From the NCBI GenBank assembly GCA_025935995.1, contig JAICUF010000001.1, forward strand, positions 22,484 through 86,483: a DNA stretch of 64,000 nucleotides, read 5' to 3'. The notes beneath the pieces were generated by a model. It saw only the letters and a program-made list of their open reading frames with translations, was not told the origin of the DNA and ran no database searches. Source of the stretch: Gemmatimonadales bacterium (GTDB lineage Bacteria; Gemmatimonadota; Gemmatimonadetes; Gemmatimonadales; GWC2-71-9). Both the position numbers and the translations under genes were made by a program. Below are positions 62,164 to 64,000 of this stretch, piece after piece (positions within the stretch are counted from its first letter, which is position 1; each line of letters starts with the position of its first letter).

Positions 62164-64000
62164 CAGCCGGCCGCCCGAAGCGCCGCCGGCGCCGCCGCCG
62201 CGCCGTCCAGCGACCTGAGCCAGGTCTCGAGCACGTAGAGTGAGAGGAGCTGCCGCGGCCGCGACCGGCCCCCGTCGCGCACGGCAGTGAGAAGCCCGGT
62301 GACGGCGTCGCCGGCGAGCAGGTCCGGAATCCGCGCGTCGCGGCCGGTGAGATACGCGGGTGCGTCGCGTTCGACCCACGACGCGAACCAGCGATCGAGC
62401 GGTGTCGAGAACCCGAGTTTCCGGCCCAGCCGGCCGCGCGGCCCGAGCAGACTCGGCCGCAGCTCGGCGGGAATCAGCGGCGCGACGGCGCGCCGGTAGA
62501 GCCACTTCCGCTCCCCCAGCGCGGAGACCTTGTAGCGGCTCGGCATCCGCTCCAGCAGCGCGAGGAGCTCGAGATCGAGGAAGGGGACCCTGAGCTCGAC
62601 CGAGGAACGCATCGACGTGCGGTCGGCTACGGTGAGCAGGTCGTCCGCGAGCGAAAGCCGCGCATCGGCGATGAGCAGCCGATTGAGGGAATCATCGTCC
62701 GGTCCGTCCGGGAGCCAGCGGCGAACCGGGTCCACCAGCGCCGAGGGATCGAGCGACGCACGGCTCAGCGCCACGGCCTCCGCGGGTCCGAACACCGCCA
62801 GCGTCTCCGCGAATCGCTCCGCCTCTCCCCCGGCGGCCGCCAGGCGCCGCGCCCGCGCGACGCGATCACTGGACGCGAACCGCTCCGGCAGGTGCGCGAG
62901 CAGGGGCGACGCGGCGTGGAGCGCGCCGGCCCACCGCTCCGCCGTGTGCCGGGGATAGCCGCCGAGCGGCTCGTCGGCTCCCTGGCCCGTGAGCACCACC
63001 TTGTGGGTCCGCGCCACCCGCTCGCAGAGGAGATCGAGGAGCAGCACCCCCGAGTTGGCGACCGGCTCACCCAGCGAGGCGATCTGCGCGGGCCAGCGCG
63101 CGAGATACTCGGCCTCGGATACGGCAACCGTCTCGAGCGGAACGCCCAGTGCATCCGCCGCCGCTCGCGCGGCGCCAAGCTCATCGGGCGCGCCCGGATC
63201 GCTGAAACCGATCGCGAATGCCTGCGGAGCCGCGGGCAGTCCATCGCGCATGAGGCCGGTCACGACCGTCGAGTCGACGCCGCCGGAGAGGAGCGAGCCC
63301 ACCGGCACGTCCGACATGAGCTGGCGGCGGACCGCAGCCCGGAGCCCGCCCCGGATCGCCTCTTCCCATCCCCGCCCGGTGTCCGGCACGGTTGCCGGCG
63401 CGAACCGCGGCGTGAACGCACGGAAGACCGGCGTGGCGGCCGGCGCCGCGAGCGACAGGCTGCAGCAATGTCCCGGCGGCACCTTCCATGTGTTCCGGAA
63501 GATCGTCGCGGGAGCGGGAATGAAGCGGTACACGAGATACTGCCCGACCGCATCCTCCCGGATCGTCTCGTCGGCCAGTCCCGCCGCGCGCGCGGCGCTC
63601 AGCTCGCTCGCGAACCAGGTGGTGCCGTCCCTGTGCCCGACATAGAGCGGCTTGGCGCCGACGGGGTCGCGCGCGAGCCAGACCCGTCCGTCCCCGCCAT
63701 CGCGCCCGTCGAACAGCGCGAAGGCGTAGATCCCGTTCAGCCGCTCGAGCACCCCCGGCCCCCACTCCTCCCACCCGTGGACGATGACCTCCGTGTCGGC
63801 ACGCGAACGGAAGCGGTGGCCGGCGCGCTCCAGCTCGGCCCGGAGCGTCAGGTGATTGTAGATCTCGCCGTTGTAGACCAGCCAGACCGAGCTGTCCTCG
63901 TTGCTCATCGGCTGGTCGCCGCCGGCGAGGTCCACGATGCTGAGCCGCCGGTGCCCGAGCGCACCGAGTCGATCCGCGAGGAAGCGGCAGCCGGCGCCGT
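62163..64000 (-). CDS. asnB: Asparagine synthase family amidotransferase, paralog 3 (N-terminus beyond the right edge of the window)
   Basis: The frame stays open upstream of the ORF-track start. Codons before 63935 read ...LGHRRLSIVDLAGGDQPM, the conserved GATase-2 segment. So the Cys2 start lies outside the window. Also ...VYNGEIYNHLTLR...DTEVIV...LNGIYAFALF...LSGGVDSTVV. Confidence 0.87.
   Translation of the reverse strand, partial: GAGCRFLADRLGALGHRRLSIVDLAGGDQPMSNEDSSVWLVYNGEIYNHLTLRAELERAGHRFRSRADTEVIVHGWEEWGPGVLERLNGIYAFALFDGRDGGDGRVWLARDPVGAKPLYVGHRDGTTWFASELSAARAAGLADETIREDAVGQYLVYRFIPAPATIFRNTWKVPPGHCCSLSLAAPAATPVFRAFTPRFAPATVPDTGRGWEEAIRGGLRAAVRRQLMSDVPVGSLLSGGVDSTVVTGLMRDGLPAAPQAFAIGFSDPGAPDELGAARAAADALGVPLETVAVSEAEYLARWPAQIASLGEPVANSGVLLLDLLCERVARTHKVVLTGQGADEPLGGYPRHTAERWAGALHAASPLLAHLPERFASSDRVARARRLAAAGGEAERFAETLAVFGPAEAVALSRASLDPSALVDPVRRWLPDGPDDDSLNRLLIADARLSLADDLLTVADRTSMRSSVELRVPFLDLELLALLERMPSRYKVSALGERKWLYRRAVAPLIPAELRPSLLGPRGRLGRKLGFSTPLDRWFASWVERDAPAYLTGRDARIPDLLAGDAVTGLLTAVRDGGRSRPRQLLSLYVLETWLRSLDGAAAAPAALRAAG

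Noticed and set aside
1-64000. CRISPR arrays, IS elements, transposases, integrases, prophage genes and toxin-antitoxin or other known defence-system genes.
   Set aside because: I saw no short direct-repeat/spacer periodicity. No ORF has transposase, integrase, recombinase, capsid or terminase signatures. Intergenic space is minimal. The apparent accessory content is signalling and polysaccharide genes, not mobile DNA.

Overview
High-G+C, very gene-dense bacterial chromosomal window. I call 61 protein genes, 2 tRNAs and a few RNA or regulatory signals. Almost everything is on the minus strand. I found no CRISPR array, transposase, integrase or phage genes.

Gene order, left to right:
- 1-8.5 kb: xseA (partial, not in the ORF track), folD, rny, zapA, pheT, pheS, rplT, rpmI, infC.
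- 8.6-12.3 kb: MBL hydrolase, DEDDh exonuclease, arginine deiminase, and rex with a textbook Rex operator.
- 12.3-15.5 kb: rsmA, then a sigma-less partner-switching triad (GAF-PP2C phosphatase, RsbW-like kinase, STAS antagonist).
- 15.5-32.9 kb: pta, coaD, rsmD, recJ, dnaG, mutS2, yqeY, a HIT protein, rsmE, prmA, dnaJ, hrcA, hemW, dprA, obg, a CMD-family protein and an asparaginase-II-family protein.
- 33.0-36.3 kb: two tandem paralogous secreted beta-barrel (Wzi-like) proteins and tRNA-Val.
- 36.3-43.7 kb: a stressosome-type locus. It runs rsbR, rsbS, rsbT, HATPase::PP2C, HATPase::histidine kinase, REC-PAS-HK-REC hybrid kinase, a voltage-gated-type channel and a degenerate receiver.
- 43.9-46.6 kb: murB, a CFA-synthase-like methyltransferase, an OB-less ATP-dependent DNA ligase and tRNA(CAT).
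- 46.7-64.0 kb: a polysaccharide locus of at least 17 kb. It holds three AsnB-family amidotransferases, an SDR epimerase/dehydratase, a methyltransferase, a DegT aminotransferase, an LbH acetyltransferase, Wzx, an unknown polytopic membrane protein, Wzz-like and Wzy-like proteins, and only one GT4 glycosyltransferase.

Most notable:
- The stressosome, phosphorelay and channel locus.
- The second, orphan partner switch embedded in a housekeeping gene chain.
- The amidotransferase-rich, glycosyltransferase-poor polysaccharide locus.
- An infC leader with an intrinsic terminator and a probable non-ATG start.
- Pervasive 4-nt (ATGA/GTGA) stop/start overlaps.

Several synteny blocks resemble Bacillus-type operons, and the outer-membrane and polysaccharide genes suggest a diderm cell. 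Phylum assignment (perhaps Gemmatimonadota-like) is inference only. All calls rest on reading the sequence and ORF translations by eye. No searches were run.
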